Shown: positions 1-8,881 of the stretch, in pieces | Position numbering within the stretch: position 1 is the first letter of the stretch | Layout of the letters: each line of letters opens with the position of its first letter | Notes under the pieces: generated by a model | Database searches by the model: none | What the model saw: only the letters and a program-made list of their open reading frames with translations | Told to the model about the DNA's origin: nothing | Position numbers and translations under genes: made by a program | DNA from: a virus | Lineage: Duplodnaviria; Caudoviricetes | Strand: one strand, 5' to 3' | Length of the DNA stretch: 64,000 bases | Virus record (IMG/VR): IMGVR_UViG_3300025389_000021 | Coordinates: 1-64,000 of that record

Positions 1-479
1 CTAGCGCAGATCAAGCTGGAGGAACTACAGGACAAGCAGGAGAAACTCCAGCAACTACAACTCCAGCAACTACAACTCCAGCAGGTCCAAGTCCAGAACA
101 ACAAGCTATTATTGATCAAATTAGAGAAGTAATGGGTCAATTGGCAGATGTTGAAGACGTAGGTATTCAAAGAGCTCTTTCTGATGCGCAGGCAACAATT
201 GATGCTGTATCAAAACAAGCACCAGCAAAACCAGAAGCAGGTGGTGGTGGAATGAAACCTCCCCCAGCAACAGGTGCTACAGGTAACAGTGCTACGCCGC
301 CGGCTGTACAAAAATCAATGGATGCTGTAGCAGGTGCTCCTACTCAAGGCAAAGATGCTAAAGGCAATCCATTATATACTGACAAGTCCGGTATTACATA
401 TGATGCTAGCGGCAAGTCGTTAACTCCAGAAAGTGCAGAAGCAGAACTAGCTCGTTGGCTTAAAATAGCTCGCGGTTAA
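1..479 (+). CDS. 3' end of a low-complexity Ala/Thr/Pro/Gly-rich protein (5'-partial)
   Basis: The frame of ORF 132..479 stays open to the window edge (SADQAGGTTGQAGETPATTTPATTTPAG...). It ends ELARWLKIARG*. Confidence 0.7.
   Translation, partial: SADQAGGTTGQAGETPATTTPATTTPAGPSPEQQAIIDQIREVMGQLADVEDVGIQRALSDAQATIDAVSKQAPAKPEAGGGGMKPPPATGATGNSATPPAVQKSMDAVAGAPTQGKDAKGNPLYTDKSGITYDASGKSLTPESAEAELARWLKIARG
44..83 (+). repeat. 15-bp tandem repeat (AACTCCAGCAACTAC, ~2.7 copies) encoding TPATT
   Basis: Directly visible in the sequence and in frame. Confidence 0.8.
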
Positions 480-486
480 TCAAACA

Positions 487-512
487 AAATGGCAGATTTA
501 TTTCTGCCATTT
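487..512 (+). terminator. Stem-loop, probable intrinsic terminator
   Basis: AAATGGCAGA-tttatt-TCTGCCATTT, a perfect 10-bp stem just after the stop at 479. The U-tract is weak. Confidence 0.55.
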
Positions 513-525
513 CCACCTCTAAAGG

Positions 526-554
526 TTGAGTTTTTAAGATAATTAGTTTATAAT
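526..554 (+). promoter_or_regulatory. Sigma70-type promoter
   Basis: TTGAGT-17 nt-TATAAT upstream of AGGAG and the ATG at 575. Confidence 0.6.
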
Positions 555-574
555 AGGCAATATAGGAGAGATTT

Positions 575-832
575 ATGTCAGGACGCTCATACGGTGCAGA
601 AGAAAAGGCAAAATTAGAAAGATTAATCAGCGAAGGTTCTACAGTATTACGTGAAGTAGAAGATTTGCAAGAAGGCTTAAAAGAAACAGTTAAGGCAGTT
701 GCGGAAGAATTACAAATCAAACCCAGCATTATTAATCGTGCAATCAAAATTGCACATAAAGGTGATTGGCAAAATCATAATGCAGATTGGGAAGAAATTG
801 AAGCTATTTTGGATATCACTAAACGTATCTAA
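575..832 (+). CDS. Small helical dsDNA-binding protein (T4 DsbA/GapR-like)
   Basis: 85 aa, all-helical pattern with 'LKETVKAVAEELQIKPSIINRAIKIAHK'. Strong SD and located next to the DNA polymerase. Confidence 0.55.
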   Translation: MSGRSYGAEEKAKLERLISEGSTVLREVEDLQEGLKETVKAVAEELQIKPSIINRAIKIAHKGDWQNHNADWEEIEAILDITKRI

Positions 833-847
833 TAAGTATAAAAGAGA

Positions 848-899
848 AAGGTCGGCGGGCCATAAACCGCATGAAGGTATTTGCAAGCCCTAAATTGCA
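848..899 (+). promoter_or_regulatory. Twin RNA hairpins in the DNA polymerase leader (candidate translational operator)
   Basis: GCGG-gccataaa-CCGC (855-870) and TGCAA-gccctaaa-TTGCA (882-899). Each is preceded by AAGGT, and the pair sits immediately before the GGAG SD. Confidence 0.5.
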
Positions 900-914
900 T
901 GGAGAATAAAATTT

Positions 915-3584
915 ATGTCTTATGTAGACGCATGGTTTGACCGCGAGAATGATATCATTAAAGTGGTTGAACGCAATAAGAAAGGTGAAAGGGAATTTAG
1001 AGATATTCCTGTACGCCACACATTTTATGTAAAAGATCCCCGAGGAAAATTTACGTCAATCTACGGTGAAGAATTAACCCGTATCGTTTGTAAAAACACA
1101 AAAGAACTGCGCAAAGAACAGGCCATTAATAGTGGTAAGACTCTATACGAGTCAGACATTAATCCTATTTTTGTTACACTAAGCGAACACTATATCAATC
1201 AAGATGCTCCAAAATTAAATGTAGCGTTTTTCGATATTGAGGTAGACTTTGATCCAGAACGTGGCTATGCTAGTCCAGACGATGCATTCATGCCAATTAC
1301 TGCGATTGCCGTCTACCTACAGTGGCTAGAGACTATGGTATGTTTGGCAATCCCTCCTAAAAAAGTCAGCATGGAGGAGGCCAAGGAAATGGTCAAGGAC
1401 TTTCCTAACACATATCTGTTTGATAACGAAGCAGACTTGTTGGACATGTTCTTGGACTTGATCAAAGATGCAGATGTTATCAGTGGTTGGAATAGTGAAG
1501 GATTTGATATTCCCTATACTACAAATCGCGTTACAAAAGTTCTAAGCAAAGAGGACACAAGACGGTTCTGTTTGTTTGACCAATTGCCTAAACGTCGTGA
1601 ATACGAAAAATATGGTCGTACTAGTACAACTTATGACTACATTGGTCGTGTGCATTTAGATTATCTTGAACTGTACCGCAAGTACACATATGAAGAACGC
1701 CATACATATAGATTAGATGCCATTGCAGAATATGAGCTAGGCAAACGTAAAACACAATACGAAGGCACACTAGATCAACTATACAACAACGACTTCCGTA
1801 CATTTGTAGAATACAACATTAATGACTGTAAACTACTGGACGACCTGGACAAAAAATTAAAATTCATGGATCTTGCCAACACACTGGCACATGAAAATAC
1901 AGTACTACTACAAACTACAATGGGTGCGGTTGCTGTAACTGAGCAGGCTATTATTAACGAGGCACATCGCAGAGGTTTTCAAGTTCCTAATCGTACCAAG
2001 ATGAGTGAACGTGAAGACAATGAAGGTGCGGCTGGTGCGTATGTGGCGTATCCTAAAGAAGGATTACAAGATTGGGTAGGATCGTTGGATATTAACAGTC
2101 TATATCCGTCAGCTATTCGTGCGCTTAACATGGGGCCAGAAACTATTATCGGTCAGTTGCGTCAAACAATGACTGAAGAATATATAGAATTACAAATGGC
2201 CAAAGGCAAATCATTTGCGGCCGCTTGGGAAGGTGTCTTTGGGTCCTTAGAATACACAGCAGTAATGAATCAAGAAATCGGCACAGACATTGCTATCGAC
2301 TGGGAAGATGGATCTAGTGATGTACTCAGTGCCGCCGAAGTATATAGATTAATATTTGAAAGCAATCAGCCTTGGATGCTTTCAAGTAACGGTACTATCT
2401 TCACCCATGAAAAAGAAGGTATTATTCCAGGGCTACTAAAACGCTGGTATGCTGAACGTAAAGAGATGCAGGCCAAACTAAAGGAGGCTATAAATGCTGG
2501 AAACAAAATTGAAGAAGAATACTGGGATAAGCGACAACTTGTTAAGAAGATTAATCTTAACAGCCTGTATGGTGCTATTCTTAATAGCGGCTGTAGATTC
2601 TTTGATAAACGAATCGGACAATCAACAACGCTGGTCGGTCGTCAAATCGCAAAACATATGGCGAGTAAAGTAAATGAGATCATTACCGGAGAGTATGATC
2701 ACGTAGGAAAGGCAGTAATTTATGGTGACACTGATAGTTGTTATTTTAGTGCTTATCGCACTCTACAGAAGGACATTGAGGCCGGACGAATTCCCTGGAC
2801 GAAAGAAACAGTAATTCAACTTTATGATACAATTGGCGAAGAAGTAAATCAAACATTCCCACAGTTTATGTTAGATAGTTTTCATTGTCCTAAGACACGT
2901 GGAGAAGTTATCAAAGCAGGTCGCGAAATTGTTGGCAGTAAGAGTTTGTTTATTACTAAGAAACGTTATGCTGTATTGTATTACGACAAAGAAGGCAAAC
3001 GTGCTGACATAGATGGAAAAGCTGGCAAGATAAAGGCCATGGGCTTGGATCTTAAACGCAGTGATACGCCAGAATTTATTCAAGACTTTTTAAGTGAAGT
3101 TCTTGAAATGGTTCTCATGGGTAAGCCTGAACAAGAAGTTTTGGATCATATAAGTCAATTCCGTATTAAATTCAAAGGTCGACCTGGTTGGGAAAAAGGT
3201 TCGCCAAAACGTGCCAACAACATTACTGATTATCAAGCCAAGGAAGCCAAAGCTGGTAAAACAAATATGCCTGGTCATGTTAGAGCAAGTATTAATTGGA
3301 ACACGCTCAAGCGTATGTACAATGACAAGTATTCTATGGGTATTACAGACGGTGCTAAAGTTATTGTTTGTAAACTCAAACCTAATCCGTTAGGTTTTAC
3401 ATCAGTTGCTTATCCAGTGGATGAACTGAGATTACCGCAGTGGTTCAAGGATTTGCCTTTTGATCATGCAGAGATGGAAGCTACCATCATTGATAAAAAG
3501 TTAGATAACTTGATTGGTGTTCTTAAATGGGACCTCAACAGCACTGAAGAAAAAAATACATTCAACAGTTTATTTGAGTTTTAA
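915..3584 (+). CDS. Family B DNA polymerase (T4 gp43-like)
   Basis: Exo motifs DIE, NSEGFD and YNINDC. Pol motifs DINSLYPS, KKINLNSLYG and YGDTDS. C-terminal clamp-binding-like SLFEF. Confidence 0.97.
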   Translation: MSYVDAWFDRENDIIKVVERNKKGEREFRDIPVRHTFYVKDPRGKFTSIYGEELTRIVCKNTKELRKEQAINSGKTLYESDINPIFVTLSEHYINQDAPKLNVAFFDIEVDFDPERGYASPDDAFMPITAIAVYLQWLETMVCLAIPPKKVSMEEAKEMVKDFPNTYLFDNEADLLDMFLDLIKDADVISGWNSEGFDIPYTTNRVTKVLSKEDTRRFCLFDQLPKRREYEKYGRTSTTYDYIGRVHLDYLELYRKYTYEERHTYRLDAIAEYELGKRKTQYEGTLDQLYNNDFRTFVEYNINDCKLLDDLDKKLKFMDLANTLAHENTVLLQTTMGAVAVTEQAIINEAHRRGFQVPNRTKMSEREDNEGAAGAYVAYPKEGLQDWVGSLDINSLYPSAIRALNMGPETIIGQLRQTMTEEYIELQMAKGKSFAAAWEGVFGSLEYTAVMNQEIGTDIAIDWEDGSSDVLSAAEVYRLIFESNQPWMLSSNGTIFTHEKEGIIPGLLKRWYAERKEMQAKLKEAINAGNKIEEEYWDKRQLVKKINLNSLYGAILNSGCRFFDKRIGQSTTLVGRQIAKHMASKVNEIITGEYDHVGKAVIYGDTDSCYFSAYRTLQKDIEAGRIPWTKETVIQLYDTIGEEVNQTFPQFMLDSFHCPKTRGEVIKAGREIVGSKSLFITKKRYAVLYYDKEGKRADIDGKAGKIKAMGLDLKRSDTPEFIQDFLSEVLEMVLMGKPEQEVLDHISQFRIKFKGRPGWEKGSPKRANNITDYQAKEAKAGKTNMPGHVRASINWNTLKRMYNDKYSMGITDGAKVIVCKLKPNPLGFTSVAYPVDELRLPQWFKDLPFDHAEMEATIIDKKLDNLIGVLKWDLNSTEEKNTFNSLFEF

Positions 3585-3585
3585 T

Positions 3586-4362
3586 ATGGAAATTATAATT
3601 GCAGGATATGGGTTTGTTGGCAAGGCTGTTGGCCGTGCTATTGAGCATAGAAATATTGTACATATTGTTGATCCAAAAATTAACGATACCATTGTTTCAG
3701 ATTATAGATATGCAGAAGGTGTTATTATTTGTGTAGGAACGCCTAGTACAGAATTAGGTGATTGTGATGTCAGTCAAATTTATAGTGTGATGGACACAGT
3801 TCCCGAGACATTGCCAGTACTAATAAAATGTACAGTAAGGCCCGATTACCTAAATAGATTACTAGTAAACTATCCCAACCATAATATTTGTTACAGTCCA
3901 GAATTTTTACGGGCGGCAACAGCCGATGAGGATTTTGCTAATCAAACATATATGATATTAGGCGGTGAAGATCCCAACGATATTTGGGGAGAATTATTTA
4001 TGAGTTCTCTTAAAAACCTAAATACAATCGAATATTGCACACTGACAGAAGCAAGTATGTTGAAATATGCCACTAACTGTTTCCTAAGTGTCAAAGTAGC
4101 GTTCTTTAATCAAATTTATGACATGTGCCATCTAAACGGTGCTGACTATAATAAAGTTATTGAACTGTTAAAGATGGATGAGCGTATTGGGTCAAGCCAT
4201 ATGCAGGTTCCAGGGCCAGACGGAAGTCGTGGATTTGGGGGTGCTTGTTTCCCTAAAGATACAAATGCGTTTATACATTATGCCGATAAAATTGGATTGA
4301 TACACACACTGGTAGAATCGGCAATAAAATATAACAAGAAAGTAAGAAAAACATTGACATAG
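3586..4362 (+). CDS. Short UDP-glucose/GDP-mannose 6-dehydrogenase family protein
   Basis: GYGFVG Rossmann motif, CVGTP, YSPEFLR, K..N.FL..K..F.N and catalytic GFGGACFPKD. About 258 aa, lacking the C-terminal domain. Start reassigned to the ATG at 3586, just after the pol stop. Confidence 0.88.
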   Translation: MEIIIAGYGFVGKAVGRAIEHRNIVHIVDPKINDTIVSDYRYAEGVIICVGTPSTELGDCDVSQIYSVMDTVPETLPVLIKCTVRPDYLNRLLVNYPNHNICYSPEFLRAATADEDFANQTYMILGGEDPNDIWGELFMSSLKNLNTIEYCTLTEASMLKYATNCFLSVKVAFFNQIYDMCHLNGADYNKVIELLKMDERIGSSHMQVPGPDGSRGFGGACFPKDTNAFIHYADKIGLIHTLVESAIKYNKKVRKTLT

Positions 4363-4382
4363 TCATAAAAACCTATATAATA
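4354..4382 (+). promoter_or_regulatory. Sigma70-type promoter
   Basis: TTGACA-16 nt-TATAAT. Its AAACCTATATAATA is identical to the motif at 13877-13890. Confidence 0.65.
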
Positions 4383-4401
4383 AACAAACATGGAGAATCA
4401 T

Positions 4402-5133
4402 ATGAAAGACTTTTTACAAGACCTAGTAACACATACGCATAGCCTAGGCTTTTTGCCATTGGTTAAAGTTACTGCTACAGATAAAAGTGTAGCTATCGAA
4501 TCAAGAGCAGAAGATCATAGCGTTATCCTTAACGCTAAAACTAAAGAAGCTATCGAAGACTTTGAAGGTGTATTTGGTATGCCTAACTTAAACAAGTTGG
4601 ACATTCTATTAAAATGCCCAGAGTACAAAGAAAATTTCACTATTGAAGTAGTTAAACAGGAACGTGACGGAGAAGAAATTCCTACAGGTTTACATTTTTC
4701 TAACGGTGCTGGTGACTTTGAAAACGATTATCGTTTTATGAATTCTAGCATTATCAATGAAAAATTGAAAACTGTTAAATTCAAGGGTGCAACTTGGGAT
4801 GTTGAATTCAAGCCATCAATGGCCGCTATTCAAAGATTCAAGTTTCAAGCATCAGCACATACAGAAGATCCTGTATTCCAAATTTCAACAAAAGATAACA
4901 ATCTAGTGTTTAATTTTGGCGATGCTAATACCCATGCTGGAAGTTTTGTATTCCAAAGTGATATTGGTGGTAAATTGAAATCAACTTGGTGCTGGCCAGT
5001 AAATGCAATTCAAAGCATCTTAAATCTTCCCGGAGATGTTACTATGCGTATTGCAGATGCAGGTGCTCTACAAATTACTGTAGACAGCGGAATTGCTGAA
5101 TACGACTACATCCTTCCAGCACAAAGCAAATAA
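4402..5133 (+). CDS. Probable DNA polymerase sliding clamp (gp45-like)
   Basis: About 243 aa with a two-domain alpha/beta pattern ending 'ITVDSGIAEYDYILPA'. Near a PolB with a clamp-binding tail. GGAG SD precedes the ATG at 4402. Confidence 0.6.
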   Translation: MKDFLQDLVTHTHSLGFLPLVKVTATDKSVAIESRAEDHSVILNAKTKEAIEDFEGVFGMPNLNKLDILLKCPEYKENFTIEVVKQERDGEEIPTGLHFSNGAGDFENDYRFMNSSIINEKLKTVKFKGATWDVEFKPSMAAIQRFKFQASAHTEDPVFQISTKDNNLVFNFGDANTHAGSFVFQSDIGGKLKSTWCWPVNAIQSILNLPGDVTMRIADAGALQITVDSGIAEYDYILPAQSK

Positions 5134-5312
5134 TGGTCGAACTTCATAAACGTACCGTACTAAGAGCATTAAGTTATAGAATAGTAGCATTACTGATAAC
5201 TGCTGTCTGGACTGGTTTAAGCGATGCAGTTATAATACATGTTATCCTAACTGCGGTACATTACGTTATGGAACGAGCATGGTTAAAAATAAAATGGGGC
5301 AAAATTGAATAG
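5133..5312 (+). CDS. Small membrane protein, DUF2061-like (not in the ORF track)
   Basis: Hand translation: MVELHKRTVLRALSYRIVALLITAVWTGLSDAVIIHVILTAVHYVMERAWLKIKWGKIE. It has a TAATG overlap with the upstream gene and overlaps the downstream start. Confidence 0.65.
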   Translation: MVELHKRTVLRALSYRIVALLITAVWTGLSDAVIIHVILTAVHYVMERAWLKIKWGKIE

Positions 5313-6861
5313 AAATCTAACAGCAACGCAAAACGACTATGCGTACTTTCTGCCGGCAACGTCAGGATTTTATAGTACCTATATAGGTAAACAACGTCAC
5401 GGTAACTATGTAGACCCGGCTCGTATCCCCGCGAGCTTTGGTCCAATGGGCATTGAGGCTATGAATTATCTAGATCCCAATGCGGCATTTTATTATGACC
5501 ATTGTTTATATAGTGCAGGACATGCTAATTTAGATCTTAACAAACCAGATCCTAGCGAAGACATGTTCCGTAATCGAAATCGTGCAACTAGTTGGGTACT
5601 AGGTGATTCAGGCGGATTCCAAATTGGTAAAGGCAAGTGGGAAGGTGATTGGAAAGATCCTAACTGTCCAAAAGCAATGAAGAAGCGTACACAAGTATTG
5701 GCCTGGATGGATGCACTCATGGACTATGGTATGTGTCTTGATGTTCCGGCTTGGGTGGCTCGTAGTCCGGCAGGAGCCAAGGCTACAGGAATTAGTACCT
5801 ACGCTGAAGCTGTTCAGGCAACTTTTATCAATAATGATTATTTTATTAATAATCGTAACGGTAATTGTAAATTCCTTAATGTATTACAAGGTGAAAATCA
5901 CAAGGATGCTGAGGGTTGGTATCAGCACATGAAGAAATATTGTGATCCAAAACAATATCCTGGTCGGCATTTTAACGGTTGGGGCATGGGTGGACAGAAT
6001 ATGTGTGACATTCACTTGACCTTAAAACGTCTAGTAGCGTTACGCTTTGACGGGCTTCTTGAAAAAGGAGAACAAGACTGGATGCACTTCTTAGGCACCA
6101 GTAAATTAGAATGGGCATTAATCTTAACTGACATACAAAGGGCCGTAAGGAAATATCACAATGACCAATTTACCATATCTTTTGACTGCGCCTCACCGTT
6201 CCTTGCAACCGCAAACGGTCAAATCTACGTCCAAACAGAAATTACCGACAGAGAAAAATGGCTCTACCGCATGTTGCCGTCTCTTGACAACAAAAAATAC
6301 GCCCAAGATACTCGTCTCTTCCAAGACGTAGTAGTACAAGATAAACACTTTGCCAACTTTGAAACAAGTCCGTTAATGGATGGTGTCAAAGTTAACGAAA
6401 TTTGTATCTATGGCCCAAATGATGTTAACAAGATTGGCAAAGTAGGTAAGACGAGCTGGGATAGTTTCACTTATGCTATTATGATGGGGCATAATGTTTG
6501 GATGCATATCAATGCTGTACAAGAAGCTAATCGTCAATATGATGCCGGATTATGTCCTACAATGTTAGTACAAGAAAAATTTGATAGACTATATGCTAAA
6601 GATGTAATCGAAGCCATATTTGCTACAAGTGATCGCGGTACTGCCGATGCTATTGTTGATGAGTTTAGTCGTTTTTGGATGGCTATCCCGGGTACACGAG
6701 GCTATACTGGTAAACGAACAGTTAACGCAAGTACCAAGTTTTTCGAATTGTTTGACGAAGTAGAAGAAGATAGTGTACAATTAGATGAAGAACCAGACTT
6801 CGATGACGAAGTTTCCGATAAACTAGACGCTTTAGAGGCTAGTGTGCATGACGTTACCTGA
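5305..6861 (+). CDS. dpdA: tRNA-guanine-transglycosylase-fold DNA base-exchange enzyme (DpdA-like)
   Basis: TGT motifs DSGGFQ, LDVP, VLQG, GWGMGG, HFLG, SFD.ASP and a late HN. No TGT Zn-Cys cluster. Phage context with folE and queE. Subfamily not determined. Confidence 0.8.
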   Translation: MNRNLTATQNDYAYFLPATSGFYSTYIGKQRHGNYVDPARIPASFGPMGIEAMNYLDPNAAFYYDHCLYSAGHANLDLNKPDPSEDMFRNRNRATSWVLGDSGGFQIGKGKWEGDWKDPNCPKAMKKRTQVLAWMDALMDYGMCLDVPAWVARSPAGAKATGISTYAEAVQATFINNDYFINNRNGNCKFLNVLQGENHKDAEGWYQHMKKYCDPKQYPGRHFNGWGMGGQNMCDIHLTLKRLVALRFDGLLEKGEQDWMHFLGTSKLEWALILTDIQRAVRKYHNDQFTISFDCASPFLATANGQIYVQTEITDREKWLYRMLPSLDNKKYAQDTRLFQDVVVQDKHFANFETSPLMDGVKVNEICIYGPNDVNKIGKVGKTSWDSFTYAIMMGHNVWMHINAVQEANRQYDAGLCPTMLVQEKFDRLYAKDVIEAIFATSDRGTADAIVDEFSRFWMAIPGTRGYTGKRTVNASTKFFELFDEVEEDSVQLDEEPDFDDEVSDKLDALEASVHDVT

Positions 6862-7108
6862 TGAACGCTTTAGAAGTATTCAACGAACAGAAGAATTTTT
6901 ACAGGATCTAATGAATCCGCAAAAGACTCCACGTATTCCAAAAAGCATACGTGAACAAGCTCGTTGGTGTTTGCGACATTATCCTAGTTATCATAATTTG
7001 AAAGAATTAGAACGTGCGGCTCCAGAGGTTGTAACAGAACGAATGGAAGATGTACAGCGTATGATCAAGTACTGGGAAGAAGGGAAAAAGTTTACAAATG
7101 AAAACTAG
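6848..7108 (+). CDS. BPSL0761-like small protein
   Basis: MTLPDER...EEFLQDL...R..AR.CLRHYP pattern. Confidence 0.55.
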   Translation: MTLPDERFRSIQRTEEFLQDLMNPQKTPRIPKSIREQARWCLRHYPSYHNLKELERAAPEVVTERMEDVQRMIKYWEEGKKFTNEN

Positions 7109-7979
7109 TCTTGTAGTAGGAATGGGTATAGGCAATTTGTATGCCACTGTGCTGGATAAACTTGGACACGGTGTTATTACTGTTGACCAAGACTCTTCGA
7201 AAGGCGCAGATTTTATAAGTGTAGATGATGCCATTGCTAAATGTCATATGTTTGATACTGCACACGTTTGCACACCCAATTTTACACACGAAGACATTGC
7301 CCGCAAACTTGCACCGGTGACTAAAATAGTTTTTATTGAAAAACCCGGTGTTATTAATACCAAATCATGGATGAAAATGATTACGGATTTTCCGCAAACA
7401 CGTTTCATGATGGTTAAAAATAACATGTGGCGTGAGAACATTAGTGAATTAAAAGATCTAGCTACTAAAGCCAAAATAGTAAACATTGAATGGATTAGAA
7501 AGAATTGTATTCCTAGTCCAGGCAGTTGGTTTACAACACGCAAACTAGCGTTTGGCGGTGTTAGTCGTGATTTAATGCCACACCTTTTGAGTCTTTATAT
7601 TGCTATGAATCCAGCATGGCGTAAAGAACAAGTTAACGGCAACGCAACTATACAGAATTGGTTATTAGAAGACATTGAAAGTACAGAATACGGAGTGGTA
7701 AACTCCAACGGTACATATGATGTAGATGATCAATGTGATATTTCATTTGGCAATAAATGGAATTGTCGTGCTAACTGGCGTAGTATGACACACGAAAATA
7801 GTGCCATTGAATTTATAATGCAGGACAATAGTATAGAACGATTTGAATTAGGTTGGTGCCCCGAAGAAGCCTATTTCAATATGATTAAAAATGCTATAGA
7901 TAATATAGACAACTATCAGTTCTGGTTAGAACAATTTGATATAGATACATGGATACATGAAAGAATAGAGAATCTATGA
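7098..7979 (+). CDS. Gfo/Idh/MocA family NAD(P)-dependent oxidoreductase
   Basis: GMGIG, VCTPNFTH, FIEKP and GGVSRDLMPH motifs. Confidence 0.85.
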   Translation: MKTSLVVGMGIGNLYATVLDKLGHGVITVDQDSSKGADFISVDDAIAKCHMFDTAHVCTPNFTHEDIARKLAPVTKIVFIEKPGVINTKSWMKMITDFPQTRFMMVKNNMWRENISELKDLATKAKIVNIEWIRKNCIPSPGSWFTTRKLAFGGVSRDLMPHLLSLYIAMNPAWRKEQVNGNATIQNWLLEDIESTEYGVVNSNGTYDVDDQCDISFGNKWNCRANWRSMTHENSAIEFIMQDNSIERFELGWCPEEAYFNMIKNAIDNIDNYQFWLEQFDIDTWIHERIENL

Positions 7980-8881
7980 AGGTAAAGTGTTTACAAACAA
8001 CAGGCAAAGGCTATTTCGAAGAAGTTGATTACGAAATTGGACCTTGGGCACAGGATAGTATCTATGTTAAGGCTATAATGACTGGTGTATGTCGTAGCGA
8101 CATAGACATGATGATGGGCGACTTTGGTCCGCTACCCTTACACATGCAAGGACACGAAGGTATTGGACAAGTCATGTCTGTAGGTGCGGCATGTAATGAT
8201 GTAAAAGTAGGCGATTATGTTGCAACACGCGGTGAGCCTGCTTATGCTGACCAGTATACTGTACGTCAAGGAGAATATGTAAAGATTCCCGAAGCACATC
8301 CCCGTTATATTTTAGAACCAGTTGCTTGCGGTATTAATCTTATTGAACAGGCCAAAGAATATTTGCAGGATCGACAAGGCAGACACGAAAACAATCGTAT
8401 GCTTATTATTGGTAGTGGATTCCTTGCCTGGGTTGCCTATCACACCATGCGTCTAAATGGATATATCTTCCATGTAGATGTATTGGGTCACAGTAATAAA
8501 GAGCTTTGGGGAGATCGAATTCAGTCTAGTACTATCGAAAACTACGATGTGGTTATTGATCTTAGCGGTAATTATGAGCTAGGTACACAGATCAACCTAA
8601 ATAATAATGCAGTGATTATAGATGGAGTAGGAAAAGCAGTAAGCAAACAAGAAGCACAGGCTCAACTTTGGAAAGCTGTTACCACTGTCAAGCCTAGTCC
8701 CCGTAATCCTGAGTTTATCGATTGCATGCATATAGCCAAGTACTGGATTGAAAACGGCTATCTAGAGGTTGATAGTTTTTGGACTAGAGGTTATAATCGT
8801 AGTACAGAATGGCAACAAGCGTTTGCGGACGGCGTTAATCGTCCGAGTGGTTATAGTAGAGGTTATATTAAATGGGACTAA
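7976..8881 (+). CDS. Zn-dependent medium-chain alcohol dehydrogenase family protein
   Basis: GVCRSD, GHEGIG, VKVGDYV, LEP.AC and IIGSG Rossmann motifs. No structural-Zn Cys4 lobe. Confidence 0.85.
   Translation: MKVKCLQTTGKGYFEEVDYEIGPWAQDSIYVKAIMTGVCRSDIDMMMGDFGPLPLHMQGHEGIGQVMSVGAACNDVKVGDYVATRGEPAYADQYTVRQGEYVKIPEAHPRYILEPVACGINLIEQAKEYLQDRQGRHENNRMLIIGSGFLAWVAYHTMRLNGYIFHVDVLGHSNKELWGDRIQSSTIENYDVVIDLSGNYELGTQINLNNNAVIIDGVGKAVSKQEAQAQLWKAVTTVKPSPRNPEFIDCMHIAKYWIENGYLEVDSFWTRGYNRSTEWQQAFADGVNRPSGYSRGYIKWD

Noticed and set aside
5305-6861. Call as tRNA-modifying Tgt (queuosine auxiliary gene)
   Set aside because: It lacks the C-terminal Zn-binding Cys cluster of bacterial Tgt, is highly divergent and sits in the replication operon. 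A DNA-acting DpdA-like enzyme fits better, though this is not proven.
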